This document shows, one piece after another, positions 9,008 through 18,028 of a DNA stretch of 64,000 nucleotides. The number at the start of each line of letters is the position of its first letter. Position 1 is the first letter of the stretch. Both the position numbers and the translations under genes were made by a program. The DNA lies in the NCBI GenBank assembly GCA_013359225.1, contig JABWCG010000001.1:360021-424020 (forward strand), read 5' to 3'. Source of the DNA: Candidatus Buchananbacteria bacterium (GTDB lineage Bacteria; Patescibacteriota; Patescibacteriia; Buchananbacterales; UBA6539). The notes beneath the pieces were generated by a model that made no database searches, had not been told where the DNA came from, and saw only the letters and a list, made by a program, of their open reading frames with translations.

Positions 9008-10447
9008 ATGTCAAACGCCAGTTTAACCAAGAACACTACGTACTATACCATTGCCTTAACTATCCAGAAAATTCTGGCTTTTGTTTATTTTTGGCTTATT
9101 TCAAATGCTTTATTCGCTGAACAGTTAGGCCAATATGTCTTTGCCCTGTCTTTTACCACCTTGTTTTCAATTTTCATTGACCTTGGCCTATCGCCAATCT
9201 TAACTCGAGAAGCCTCAAAGGATAAGCAGTCAGCCAATCAATATCTCCAAAATGTCTTAGGTATTAAGCTGCCGCTAACAATCATCACCCTAGCCGCAGC
9301 ATGGCTTGTCATCAATATTTCAAACAAACCAGACGACGTCCGACTTTTGGTCTACCTGGCCAGTTTCATTATGACGCTTGACTCGTTCTCTTTGAGTTTT
9401 TGGGTTATCTTTCGTGCCCGCCAGGTCTTAAAATATGAAAGCCTCACAACCGTTGCCGTACAAATAATTATCTTTACTCTTGGCGTCATTGCCCTTAAAA
9501 CCTCCGGCCAAGTCAAAGATTTAATTATTGCCTTACTGGTTGCCAGTATTTTTAACTTTTTAGTTTCTCTAGCATTACTTAAATTCAAACTTAAATTTTC
9601 AATTCGACCACGGTTTGACAAGACTATCGCTATTCACTTTCTTAAAATTGTCCCGGCTTTTGCCATTGCCGGAATTTTTGTCAAAATTTACAACACCTCA
9701 GATTCAGTTTTGCTTAGTTACCTTGACTCAGATGAAGCGGTTGGATTCTTTGCCGTCCCGGCCAAGGTGGTATATGCCTTACAACAAATTATCCCGGCTG
9801 CCTTTGCAGCCGTAATCTTTCCAGCGTTTAGTTATTATCACAAAAACTCTAAACCATTACTTGAAAAAACTTTTACTAAGGCCTTTAACTACCTAACAAT
9901 CATTAGTTTGCCGCTTACTGCCGGATTAATGGCAACCATTCCGGAAGTTACCCAAACAGTTTGGCCGGAATATACTGCCGTGGTTCCGACTTTTTATGTT
10001 ATGACGTTAGCCATTCCTTTTATATTTCTGGCGTTTCCCACTGGTTATTTATTAAACGCCTGCGATCGACAAAAAAACACCACCATCAACCGGGGCATTA
10101 TTACCTTTTTGGCCGTTACTCTTAATCTCATCTTAATTCCCAAGCTCAGTTATTTTGGCGCCGGAGTAACTTTTTTAATTACCAACTTTATTTTACTATT
10201 TCTTGACTTAATTTGGGTAAAACAAACCATCGTTTTGGAAACAAAAAAATTACTAAAGACCATTTTCAAATCATCATTAGCCGCCGCTCTGATGATTATT
10301 TTGGTTATCGCTATCAAATCATATTTTAATCTGCTGGTTATTATTCCGCTGGGTGCGCTGACATACTTTGGCGTACTACTGATGCTAAGGGGGATACAAA
10401 TCAAAGAACTAAATGAAATTTTTAACAAAGGTTTTCGCAATGGCTAA
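9008..10447 (+). CDS. polysaccharide/oligosaccharide flippase (Wzx-like, MOP superfamily)
   Basis: About 14 predicted TM helices arranged like an O-unit flippase. A -10 TATAAT at 8996-9001 lies 6 nt before ATG 9008, which suggests a leaderless transcript. The longer 8981 start in the track is less likely. Confidence 0.65.
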   Translation: MSNASLTKNTTYYTIALTIQKILAFVYFWLISNALFAEQLGQYVFALSFTTLFSIFIDLGLSPILTREASKDKQSANQYLQNVLGIKLPLTIITLAAAWLVINISNKPDDVRLLVYLASFIMTLDSFSLSFWVIFRARQVLKYESLTTVAVQIIIFTLGVIALKTSGQVKDLIIALLVASIFNFLVSLALLKFKLKFSIRPRFDKTIAIHFLKIVPAFAIAGIFVKIYNTSDSVLLSYLDSDEAVGFFAVPAKVVYALQQIIPAAFAAVIFPAFSYYHKNSKPLLEKTFTKAFNYLTIISLPLTAGLMATIPEVTQTVWPEYTAVVPTFYVMTLAIPFIFLAFPTGYLLNACDRQKNTTINRGIITFLAVTLNLILIPKLSYFGAGVTFLITNFILLFLDLIWVKQTIVLETKKLLKTIFKSSLAAALMIILVIAIKSYFNLLVIIPLGALTYFGVLLMLRGIQIKELNEIFNKGFRNG

Positions 10448-11630
10448 TGAAATCAAAAAAAGCTTACTAGTAACTTTGGATTTCCCGCCAAACAATGTCG
10501 GCGGCGTTGCTACTTTTTATTATAATGTTTGCAAAAATTTGCCCCCCGATAAAATTGTTGTCTTAGCCCCCGACCATCCAGACGCTAACAACTTTGACCA
10601 GAAGCAACATTTCACCATTATCAGAAAAAAATTGCTAAACCAATTTCCGCAAAAAATGCCAGCCGGGCTCGGAGGGATAATAAAAATCGCCGCGACTGTC
10701 CGTTGGCTTTCACTGATAAAAAATCTTAATGAAATTGTGAAAACCCACCAAATCAAGCTTATTCAAGTCGGTCAAGTATTACCGATCGGAACCTTGGCGT
10801 TGGTGCTCAAAAAAAGACTAAAAATCCCTTATATCTTTTATGCTCACGGTCTTGATATTTTATTGCCGCAAAAATTCATGCGCAAAAAGACAATATTAAA
10901 AAATATTATTAAAGAATCGTCAGGTATTGTCGCCAACAGTCACTTCACCAAAGATGAACTGTTAAAATTAGGAGCTAACAATGGCCAAGTTACCGTCGTT
11001 TATCCGGGAGCAAACATTAAAAATCATCATGTCGCCGACTCCGAAATTGCAGCACTAATCAAAAAACACCAACTGGAAAACAAAAAAATTCTTTTAACGG
11101 TTGGCCGGCTAGTCGAACGAAAAGGGCATGACGTTGTTATTAAATCATTGCCGGCAATCATAAAAAAAATCCCAAATATTACCTATCTTATCGTGGGCGA
11201 CGGTCCACGAAAAACTCAACTGGTCAACTTAGTACATCAGCTTCGACTGGGCCACTATGTCCAGTTTGTTGATCGCGTGGCAAACAGCATCTTGCCCGCT
11301 TACTATCAGCTGGCTGACGTCTTTATCATGCCATCGCGCCGGATCAACGGCTATGACGTTGAAGGCTTTGGCATTGTTTTCATTGAAGCCAATCTGTTTG
11401 GCAAACCGGTCATCGGCGGACGTAGCGGGGGAGTTGGCGAAGCAATTGTTGACGGTCAAACCGGCATACTTGTCAACCCAACAAGTGAAGAAGAAGTAAG
11501 CCGCTCGGTAATAAAATTACTCACCGATCCGGCCCTAGCCGAACGGCTAGGGCTCCAGGGTATGGAACGCGCATTGCGGGATTTTGATTGGCAAACTCAG
11601 ACTAAAAAAATAAAAGATTTATTAAGCTAA
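10440..11630 (+). CDS. glycosyltransferase family 4 (GT4, group 1)
   Basis: GT4 C-terminal signature EGFGIVFIEANLFGKPVIGGRSGGVGEAIVDGQTG. ATG 10440 overlaps the upstream stop (ATGGCTAATG). The track's alternative start at 10413 is possible. Confidence 0.85.
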   Translation: MANEIKKSLLVTLDFPPNNVGGVATFYYNVCKNLPPDKIVVLAPDHPDANNFDQKQHFTIIRKKLLNQFPQKMPAGLGGIIKIAATVRWLSLIKNLNEIVKTHQIKLIQVGQVLPIGTLALVLKKRLKIPYIFYAHGLDILLPQKFMRKKTILKNIIKESSGIVANSHFTKDELLKLGANNGQVTVVYPGANIKNHHVADSEIAALIKKHQLENKKILLTVGRLVERKGHDVVIKSLPAIIKKIPNITYLIVGDGPRKTQLVNLVHQLRLGHYVQFVDRVANSILPAYYQLADVFIMPSRRINGYDVEGFGIVFIEANLFGKPVIGGRSGGVGEAIVDGQTGILVNPTSEEEVSRSVIKLLTDPALAERLGLQGMERALRDFDWQTQTKKIKDLLS

Positions 11631-11635
11631 ACACT

Positions 11636-12313
11636 ATGGCTGAAATCAGCATTGTTATCCCGGTATATAATGCCCAAAAAACTCTACCAAATTGTCTGAA
11701 AAGTATTTTAAATCAAACATTTAAAAATTTTGAGATTATTGCCGTTAACGATGGTTCAACTGACGGCAGTCTGGCTGAATTAGAACAATATCGGAACAAA
11801 ATAACTATCATTAATCAACAAAATAAAGGTGCGGCTCACGCCCGAAACCAAGGTGCAAAAATTAGCCGTTCACCATTTATCATTTTTTGCGACGCCGATA
11901 TTATTATGTATCCAAAAATGCTTGAAACAATGATTAAAACGCTCAAGGTCAACCAAAACGCTTCGTACGCATATAGCTCATTTAAATTTGGCTTCAAAAA
12001 TTTTAAACTGTTTCCTTTTGACGGCGAAAAATTACGACAAATGCCGTACATCCACACCACGTCGCTTATTCGTCGCGAACATTTTCCCGGCTTTGACGAA
12101 AAACTAAAACGATTCCAGGACTGGGATTTATGGTTAACCATGTACAAACGGGGGTACGTCGGACACTTTATTCCTCAAGTTTTATTTGAGGTTGCTTCCG
12201 GCGGGACAATGAGCTCCTGGCTGCCGAAATTCATATACCGTTTTCCATTCTTAAAAAAGGTTAACGCCTATCAAGCCGCGAAAAAAATAATCCAGAAAAA
12301 ACATAACCTATGA
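11636..12313 (+). CDS. glycosyltransferase family 2
   Basis: GT2 N-terminal motif ISIVIPVYNAQKTL...IIAVNDGSTDGS and a DxD-like motif (CDADI). Confidence 0.85.
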   Translation: MAEISIVIPVYNAQKTLPNCLKSILNQTFKNFEIIAVNDGSTDGSLAELEQYRNKITIINQQNKGAAHARNQGAKISRSPFIIFCDADIIMYPKMLETMIKTLKVNQNASYAYSSFKFGFKNFKLFPFDGEKLRQMPYIHTTSLIRREHFPGFDEKLKRFQDWDLWLTMYKRGYVGHFIPQVLFEVASGGTMSSWLPKFIYRFPFLKKVNAYQAAKKIIQKKHNL

Positions 12314-12795
12314 TTGAAAAAGAAAAGAGCCAAGATCCGGAAAATTTTCAAGTATCATTAAAAATTTTACTTAAAAAAAATAATCAGTACCTACTTTTAA
12401 ATGTTGCTAAAACCGATCGGGTTGCCGGAATGGAAAAATTTGATTTACCCGGAGGACGGATCAATCGAGACGAACTCAACCTTCCTTTTCATCAGCTTGT
12501 TGACCGGGAAGTCAAAGAAGAGTTGGGGCCATTAATCACTTACAAACTAAGGCCAGACCCCGTTTCTCTCGGCCAGGCGATCATACCCGATTTCATTGAA
12601 ATTAAGCCAGGAGAAACCAGAAGCCGATTCTTTGTTCTGTTTGAGGCAGAATATCTTTCGGGAGAAATAGAAATATCGGATGAACATTCAGACTACCAAT
12701 GGACCGACTTGCAGCCAAATCACATTGAACAATTATTTACCCCATTACTATGGGATGTGCTAAAAAATTATTTTGATTGGAACACTAACATATGA
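12310..12795 (+). CDS. NUDIX-family hydrolase (atypical Nudix-box spacing)
   Basis: GGRINRDE ... REVKEELG resembles the Nudix box GX5EX7REUXEEXGU, but with 10 rather than 7 residues before RE. Its 4-nt overlaps with both neighbours place it in an operon. Confidence 0.55.
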   Translation: MIEKEKSQDPENFQVSLKILLKKNNQYLLLNVAKTDRVAGMEKFDLPGGRINRDELNLPFHQLVDREVKEELGPLITYKLRPDPVSLGQAIIPDFIEIKPGETRSRFFVLFEAEYLSGEIEISDEHSDYQWTDLQPNHIEQLFTPLLWDVLKNYFDWNTNI

Positions 12796-13469
12796 TGAGA
12801 TTACAAAAATTCTTGGCGAGCGCGGGAGTGGCTTCCAGACGGGCCGCCGAAGAATTAATTAGTGAAGGTAAAATTAAAATTAACGGCAAAGTTATTACTA
12901 AATTAGGAACAAGTATTGACGAAAATCTTGATGTTGTAGAATTTCAAAACAAAAAAATCACTCTGCCGCAGGATAAAATTTATATTGCGCTTCATAAGCC
13001 GGTTGGCTACATTTGCAGCACCAGCGACGAACAGGGCGAAACCGTACTTAGCTTAGTTAAATCAAAACAACGAATTTTTCCGGTCGGTCGACTCGATAAA
13101 GATTCCAGCGGTTTAATCATCCTAACCAACGACGGTGAATTTGCAAATCGCCTTACCCATCCGCGCTACGGCAGTGAAAAAGAATATTTTGTCACCCTCG
13201 ACCGAGATCTAAAGGAAGAAGACGTTAAGAAAATCCAGCGGGGAATGGTAATTGACGGCAAACGCTTACGTTCAGTTAAAGTTAACGATATTCGTAATAA
13301 AAGTGCCAAATTTATCCTACAGGAAGGCATTAACCGGCAAATCAGACGGATGCTTGGAAAACTTGGATATACTGTTATAAAATTAAAAAGAGTCAGGATC
13401 GGCAATTTGGAGCTGGGGGATTTAAAAATCGGCCAAAGTAAAAATATCCACAAAGAAGATGTCGGCTAA
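12792..13469 (+). CDS. rRNA pseudouridine synthase, RsuA/RluB family
   Basis: An N-terminal S4 domain (RLQKFLASAGVASRRAAEELI) and the catalytic motif VGRLDKDSSGLIILTNDG. Confidence 0.85.
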   Translation: MMRLQKFLASAGVASRRAAEELISEGKIKINGKVITKLGTSIDENLDVVEFQNKKITLPQDKIYIALHKPVGYICSTSDEQGETVLSLVKSKQRIFPVGRLDKDSSGLIILTNDGEFANRLTHPRYGSEKEYFVTLDRDLKEEDVKKIQRGMVIDGKRLRSVKVNDIRNKSAKFILQEGINRQIRRMLGKLGYTVIKLKRVRIGNLELGDLKIGQSKNIHKEDVG

Positions 13470-13481
13470 AAAAGTACCATT

Positions 13482-14264
13482 ATGAACAACCCGGAATTAT
13501 CAATCATTATTGTCAGCTGGAACGTTAAAGATTTGCTCAAGAAATGTCTCCAGTCAATTGAAAAATACCGAAACAAGCTGGCGGTTGAAATTATTGTTGT
13601 TGATAACGCCTCCAAAGACGGGACTGTTGAAATGCTCAAAACAGAATTTCCGGATGTTCGACTGATAACTAACAGTAATAATCTCGGTTTTGCCGCCGCC
13701 AATAACCAAGGCATCTTGCGTAGCCAAGGAGATTATATCTTATTGCTGAATCCCGATACTGAAGTCATTAAAGACACACTCAACAAAATGCTTAATTTTA
13801 TAAAAATCAGACCACAGATTGGCATTCTGGGTTGCAAGCATCTCAACCCTGACTGGACGCTCCAGCCGTCAGTCAGGCGTTTTCCGGCATTCTGGGCAAT
13901 ATTTTTTATTCTGACTAAATTGTACAAAATTTTTCCAAACATTCCTCCAATCTACTACTATTTTGCCGAGGACTTTAATTATAAAATTTCCCAACCAATT
14001 GATCAGGTTGCGGGCTCATGCATGATGATTCGTCGGCAGACCATTGAAGAAATCGGTTTGCTTGATGAGAGATTTTTTATCTGGTTTGAAGAAGTTGATC
14101 TCTGCAAACGCTCTAAAGATGCCGGCTGGGAAGTCTGGTACACACCAGACGCTGAACTGATTCATTACGGCGGACAAAGTTTTCGCCAGGTCGGAACCTG
14201 GAAAAAACAAAAAATATTCTTTCAAAGCGCCATTTATTACTTCCGCAAACACGGTCTACGCTAA
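13482..14264 (+). CDS. glycosyltransferase family 2
   Basis: LSIIIVSWNVKDLL...VVDNASKDGT, and a DxD region LLLNPDTE. Confidence 0.85.
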   Translation: MNNPELSIIIVSWNVKDLLKKCLQSIEKYRNKLAVEIIVVDNASKDGTVEMLKTEFPDVRLITNSNNLGFAAANNQGILRSQGDYILLLNPDTEVIKDTLNKMLNFIKIRPQIGILGCKHLNPDWTLQPSVRRFPAFWAIFFILTKLYKIFPNIPPIYYYFAEDFNYKISQPIDQVAGSCMMIRRQTIEEIGLLDERFFIWFEEVDLCKRSKDAGWEVWYTPDAELIHYGGQSFRQVGTWKKQKIFFQSAIYYFRKHGLR

Positions 14265-14270
14265 CAACCA

Positions 14271-14298
14271 AAAACGCCCCGCAGATGGGGCGTTTTTT
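14271..14298 (+). terminator. strong intrinsic terminator (AAAACGCCCC GCAGAT GGGGCGTTTT)
   Basis: A 10-bp perfect stem with a T-run. It closes the glycosyltransferase operon. Confidence 0.8.
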
Positions 14299-14326
14299 GA
14301 CAATATCAACAAAAAGAGGATAAAAT
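14297..14326 (+). promoter_or_regulatory. sigma-70-type promoter for the downstream leader/sRNA
   Basis: -35 TTGACA at 14297-14302, an 18-bp spacer, and -10 TAAAAT at 14321-14326. Confidence 0.5.
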
Positions 14327-14403
14327 CAAACTGTAACTTTACCCCGTGAGTTACCCTAACCGACGATCAGGCCGATCGTCAACCAGCCAAGGAGGGTAGG
14401 CTC

Positions 14404-14445
14404 ATGCGTCCGACAACTTGTTGGGCATGTACGGGAAGGAGGTGA
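14404..14445 (+). CDS. candidate leader micro-ORF (13 aa, MRPTTCWACTGRR)
   Basis: ATG 14404 lies 7 nt after AAGGAGGG (14389-14396). The TGA stop at 14443-14445 is embedded in the next SD-like element. It may be translated only as part of a regulatory mechanism. Confidence 0.2.
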   Translation: MRPTTCWACTGRR

Positions 14446-14500
14446 TCCGATCTAATCCCCAGGAAAGGAGGTGAACATCGGTTCACATTGCAGTTTGTAC

Positions 14501-14540
14501 GGGCTCCTGTGTCACTTGACGCAGGGCCCATTTTTATTTG
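14501..14540 (+). terminator. terminator-like hairpin inside the leader (GGGCtCCTG ... CAGGGCCC + ATTTTTATTTG)
   Basis: An 8-bp stem with one bulge and a 12-nt loop, followed by a T-rich tract. A -10-like TAGAAT at 14560-14565 follows, so the downstream gene may have its own weak promoter. Confidence 0.55.
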
Positions 14541-14578
14541 TCTTTTTAAGCCTGCTGGGCTAGAATAAAATTGCCAAT

Positions 14579-16555
14579 ATGAACGAAAATCTTTTTGAAA
14601 AAACTTTTATTGTTATCGTCGGTTTACTGTTAGCTACCGAAATAATGTCATTTCTTGGCCAACTATACCAACCACTCAACCTGGTTGGATTTTTTATCAT
14701 TATCATCGCCGCGGCCGTTGTTAGCTTCAAAAAATTGGAATATGGAATTTATCTCATACTCGCCGAACTCTGTATTGGCGGCAAGGGTTACCTTTTTAGT
14801 TTCGGCCTGAACAGCAGCGCCATATCCATTCGCATGGCGTTATTCCTGATATTATTTTCAGTCTGGACTGCCATAAAAATAAAAAATAAAAAAATTGGGT
14901 TTACCCTTAACAAAAAATTTCTCATACCATATAGCCTGCTGGCCCTAACTATCTGCTACGGCATCATAAACGGTTTTTTGCATAACCAAACCAGCAGTGT
15001 TATTTTTGATTTCAACGCCTGGATATTTTTTGCGTTACTTTTCATTTTTATCGACGCTCTCAACAGGCCCGATACCACCAGGGGTGCCATCAGAATTATT
15101 TTTGCCGCCACCAGCCTGCTGGCCGTAAAAACGATACTGACACTAGTGTTTTTTTCACACGGCTTAACGGAACTTGGCGACCCGTTCTATAAATGGATTC
15201 GCGACACCGGCGTAGGGGAGATTACCTATATTTCCGGAACATTATTTAGAGTCTTTTTTCAATCACAGCTCTACGTTTTAATCGGCCTGTTCATTGCATT
15301 AACGCTGGTGCTGCAAAAGAAAATCAGTCGGTCAAAAGAAGACATTCTTTTACTAATCTATATTTACCTAATGTCACTAACTTTAATTATCAGCCAATCG
15401 CGCAGTTTTTGGATAGGAGCAGCGTCAGCAATCATAGTTCTAATCGGATACCTTTGGTGGCGGTCGGAAAAGTCGTTTAAAAAAATTACTATTTTGATTA
15501 TCGCCATCATCGCCACTGTTGCGTCACAGATACTATTAATTCAAGTCCTGACCAACAATTTTTCCAGTAATCCGATTTCCGATCGTTTTAGGCACCTGTC
15601 AACCGATGCGGCCGGCAACAGCCGCCTCAACCAACTTGAACCTCTTTTATACAATATTTCTCAGCAATCCATTGTTGGTTATGGTTTCGGTAAGGAATTA
15701 ACCTATCAAAGTACTGACCCGCGGATTGTCGCATCAAATCCGGGCGGCATCTACACCACCTATGCCTTTGAGTGGGGATACTTAGACACTGTCTTAAAAC
15801 TAGGAATTTTAGGATTACTTGTCTATTTCTTTTTAGTCTATACCATTATCGTTTCTGGTCTCAAAAACCCGAGTCCAACGAATATTGGTTTATTAACGGG
15901 TTTAGTTGCCGTGCTTGCCACTAATATTTTTTCGCCTTATCTTAACCATCCGCTCGGTATTGGCTACTTATTATTATTATCAGCAATCTTTAATCAGGTC
16001 TCAATGCTGGAAAAAATCAAACAGTTTGTCCATCAATCATTTGCCCAAAGCCATTACCAAAAACAAAATACCCATTTCAAAAGAACTGAATATTGGTTTA
16101 AAAAATTAAATCCCAACTATGACGAAGCTGGCCAGATTGCTGCCTATGCTCATGATATCGAAAGGGCCTTTCGGAATAAAAACAGCGAAGAGACTTTTAA
16201 AAACATTGCTTTTAACAACCCTGAGTTTCTTAAACATCATGCCGAAACAGGAGCGGGTATTATCAGTAAATTTTTGGAAGGAAAATATGAGCCAACCGCC
16301 ATCACCAAAATTAACGAACTGATCAGACTTCACGAAATTGGTGGTACACCTGAAGCCGACCTACTGAAAGATGCTGATAGCATCAGCTATTTGGAGAATA
16401 ACGCGGCGCTTCACCTAAAGATGATTAATAAACTGGGCAAAGAAAAAGTTAAAGGAAAGATTGATTGGATGTACCAGCGCATCACTTCTAAAAAAGCCCG
16501 GGAAATTGCCCGGCCGCAGTATGAAAAAATTATCAAAATTTTAGAAAAAATCTAG
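14579..16555 (+). CDS. fusion protein: N-terminal O-antigen-ligase-like (Wzy_C) polytopic membrane domain + C-terminal HD-domain phosphohydrolase
   Basis: About 12 TM helices with a Wzy_C-like motif (LIISQSRSFWIGAAS). The C-terminal 170 aa carry HD-domain metal ligands (AAYAHDIER, LKHHAETG, RLHEIGG, LLKDADSISY). There is no SD; only a short 5' UTR. Confidence 0.6.
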   Translation: MNENLFEKTFIVIVGLLLATEIMSFLGQLYQPLNLVGFFIIIIAAAVVSFKKLEYGIYLILAELCIGGKGYLFSFGLNSSAISIRMALFLILFSVWTAIKIKNKKIGFTLNKKFLIPYSLLALTICYGIINGFLHNQTSSVIFDFNAWIFFALLFIFIDALNRPDTTRGAIRIIFAATSLLAVKTILTLVFFSHGLTELGDPFYKWIRDTGVGEITYISGTLFRVFFQSQLYVLIGLFIALTLVLQKKISRSKEDILLLIYIYLMSLTLIISQSRSFWIGAASAIIVLIGYLWWRSEKSFKKITILIIAIIATVASQILLIQVLTNNFSSNPISDRFRHLSTDAAGNSRLNQLEPLLYNISQQSIVGYGFGKELTYQSTDPRIVASNPGGIYTTYAFEWGYLDTVLKLGILGLLVYFFLVYTIIVSGLKNPSPTNIGLLTGLVAVLATNIFSPYLNHPLGIGYLLLLSAIFNQVSMLEKIKQFVHQSFAQSHYQKQNTHFKRTEYWFKKLNPNYDEAGQIAAYAHDIERAFRNKNSEETFKNIAFNNPEFLKHHAETGAGIISKFLEGKYEPTAITKINELIRLHEIGGTPEADLLKDADSISYLENNAALHLKMINKLGKEKVKGKIDWMYQRITSKKAREIARPQYEKIIKILEKI

Positions 16556-17502
16556 CCCAACCTCTTACCAACAATTTCGGGATACCCTTTCAAAAACTCC
16601 GGAGCCAAAACGCCTTTTTTCCCCTCCAGTTGAACCGTTATTAGAGTAATAGCCCCGTTGTCACATTTAACCGCGAGTTTCTTTTTAGGCGTTAAAAAAA
16701 CAGTGCCATTAGACAAATCTTTGCTTAAATCACCCTCTAAAACGCTTAAATTTAAGATTTTAAGGCGTTTATTATCAAAATAGGTAAATACCCCCGGCCA
16801 AGGAGTAAAAGCCCGAAATTGGTTAAATATTTCAAGGGGAGTCTTGTTCCAGTCAACCAGCCCATCTTCGCGCCGAATTAAGCTGGTATAGGTTGCCTGG
16901 GAATCGTCTTGATCAATCAGCTCGGCTTTCCCGGCCAAATAATTTGGCAAAACCGAAACCAGCAGCTCACCGCCAAGCTGTGCCAATGCGTCATGAAGTT
17001 TGGCGGCGTTTCTAGAACCGATGTCAAATGTCTGACGGCCAATAATCGGTCCGGCGTCAACCCTCTGAGTTAGTTTAATAATTGTCACTCCTGTTTGCAG
17101 ATCACCATGCAACAGTGCAGCCTGAATCGGCGAGGATCCACGATATTTTGGCAATAAAGAAGGATGAATATTCAAAAAACCATATGCTGGCTTTTTTAAA
17201 ATTTCATCGGGAATAATCATACCGTAAGCAACAACTACTGCTACTTGGCAACTTTCTTTCGCAAAAATCTGTGCAAGTTCTTTTTTATTCTTTGGCTGGA
17301 TAACCCTGATGCCATATTTTTCTGCCACTACCTTAACCGGCGAGCTGGATAACTTCTGATGGCGGCCGAGAGGCTGATCTGGCTGAGTGATAACCAGCTT
17401 CGGCTTAAAATCGTTTTCAACCAATGCCTTAAGAGCCGGCAAAGCAAATTCCGGCGTCCCTAAAAAAATAAGATCTGGCTTCTTAGTATTCATAGTCACC
17501 AA
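16552..17502 (-). CDS. fmt: methionyl-tRNA formyltransferase
   Basis: N-terminal formyltransferase fold (IFLGTPEFALPALKAL ... PKNKKE) plus a C-terminal domain. It forms a def-fmt operon with a 20-nt overlap. Confidence 0.9.
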   Translation of the reverse strand: MVTMNTKKPDLIFLGTPEFALPALKALVENDFKPKLVITQPDQPLGRHQKLSSSPVKVVAEKYGIRVIQPKNKKELAQIFAKESCQVAVVVAYGMIIPDEILKKPAYGFLNIHPSLLPKYRGSSPIQAALLHGDLQTGVTIIKLTQRVDAGPIIGRQTFDIGSRNAAKLHDALAQLGGELLVSVLPNYLAGKAELIDQDDSQATYTSLIRREDGLVDWNKTPLEIFNQFRAFTPWPGVFTYFDNKRLKILNLSVLEGDLSKDLSNGTVFLTPKKKLAVKCDNGAITLITVQLEGKKGVLAPEFLKGYPEIVGKRLG

Positions 17503-18001
17503 GTGGCAACGATTTCAGACGATCTAACTCTTTTTGTCCCTGAGTAATATCGTTAGTCTTGTCAATAAATAAAACACCATCAAGATGGTCAATCTCATGC
17601 TGGATCACCCGGGCGAAATAGCCAACGGCCTCAAACTTTACTTTTTTGCCATCCTTATTGAAAGCGATCAATTTTATTGTTTGCGGGCGCTTTACCATTC
17701 CAAAGATATTCGGCAAACTTAGGCAGCCTTCTTCCAAAATTTCTTTTTTCCAGCTTTTGCGTAAAATTTTTGGATTAACTAAAGCGATCGTACCGTCCTG
17801 AGTACTAATAACAATTATTCGCAAGCTTTGGCCAACCTGCGGTGCAGCTAAGCCAATGCCGTCACGGGCTTTCATTGTTGCTTCCATATTCAAAATAAGC
17901 TGCTTAATCTCCTGAGATTGCAGCTCTTCGGTTTTCAATTCCCGCGCCTTTTGGCGTAAAACCGGGCAAGGGTAAATTTTTATGGGTAAAACTTTCGCCA
18001 T
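17483..18001 (-). CDS. def: peptide deformylase
   Basis: All three PDF motifs are present: GIGLAAPQVG, EGCLSLP, HEIDHLDG. Confidence 0.9.
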   Translation of the reverse strand: MAKVLPIKIYPCPVLRQKARELKTEELQSQEIKQLILNMEATMKARDGIGLAAPQVGQSLRIIVISTQDGTIALVNPKILRKSWKKEILEEGCLSLPNIFGMVKRPQTIKLIAFNKDGKKVKFEAVGYFARVIQHEIDHLDGVLFIDKTNDITQGQKELDRLKSLPLGDYEY

Positions 18002-18028
18002 ACTACTATCTAACAGTATAGCACATTA

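Larger units (their letters stand above)
14333..14578 (+). promoter_or_regulatory. structured 5' leader or independent sRNA upstream of the Wzy/HD gene; contains multiple hairpins, 3 strong SD-like sites, a 13-codon uORF and a terminator-like hairpin
   Basis: Hairpins: GTAAC..GTTAC (14334-14355), GACGATC-aggcc-GATCGTC (14362-14380), CATGC..GCATG (14403-14429), GTGAAC-atcg-GTTCAC (14471-14486). GGAAGGAGGTGATCC at 14434-14448 is a perfect complement to the 16S 3' tail. A second AAAGGAGGTGA lies at 14464-14474. No ORF of 60 aa or more occurs in any frame. Confidence 0.5.

Noticed and set aside
14434-14448. GGAAGGAGGTGATCC read as the 3' end of a minus-strand 16S rRNA gene
   Set aside because: The adjacent 1.5 kb (14579-16555) encodes a clean 658-aa protein with Wzy and HD motifs. 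No other 16S-like conserved blocks are present, so the match is an SD-like or anti-16S-tail element rather than an rRNA gene.
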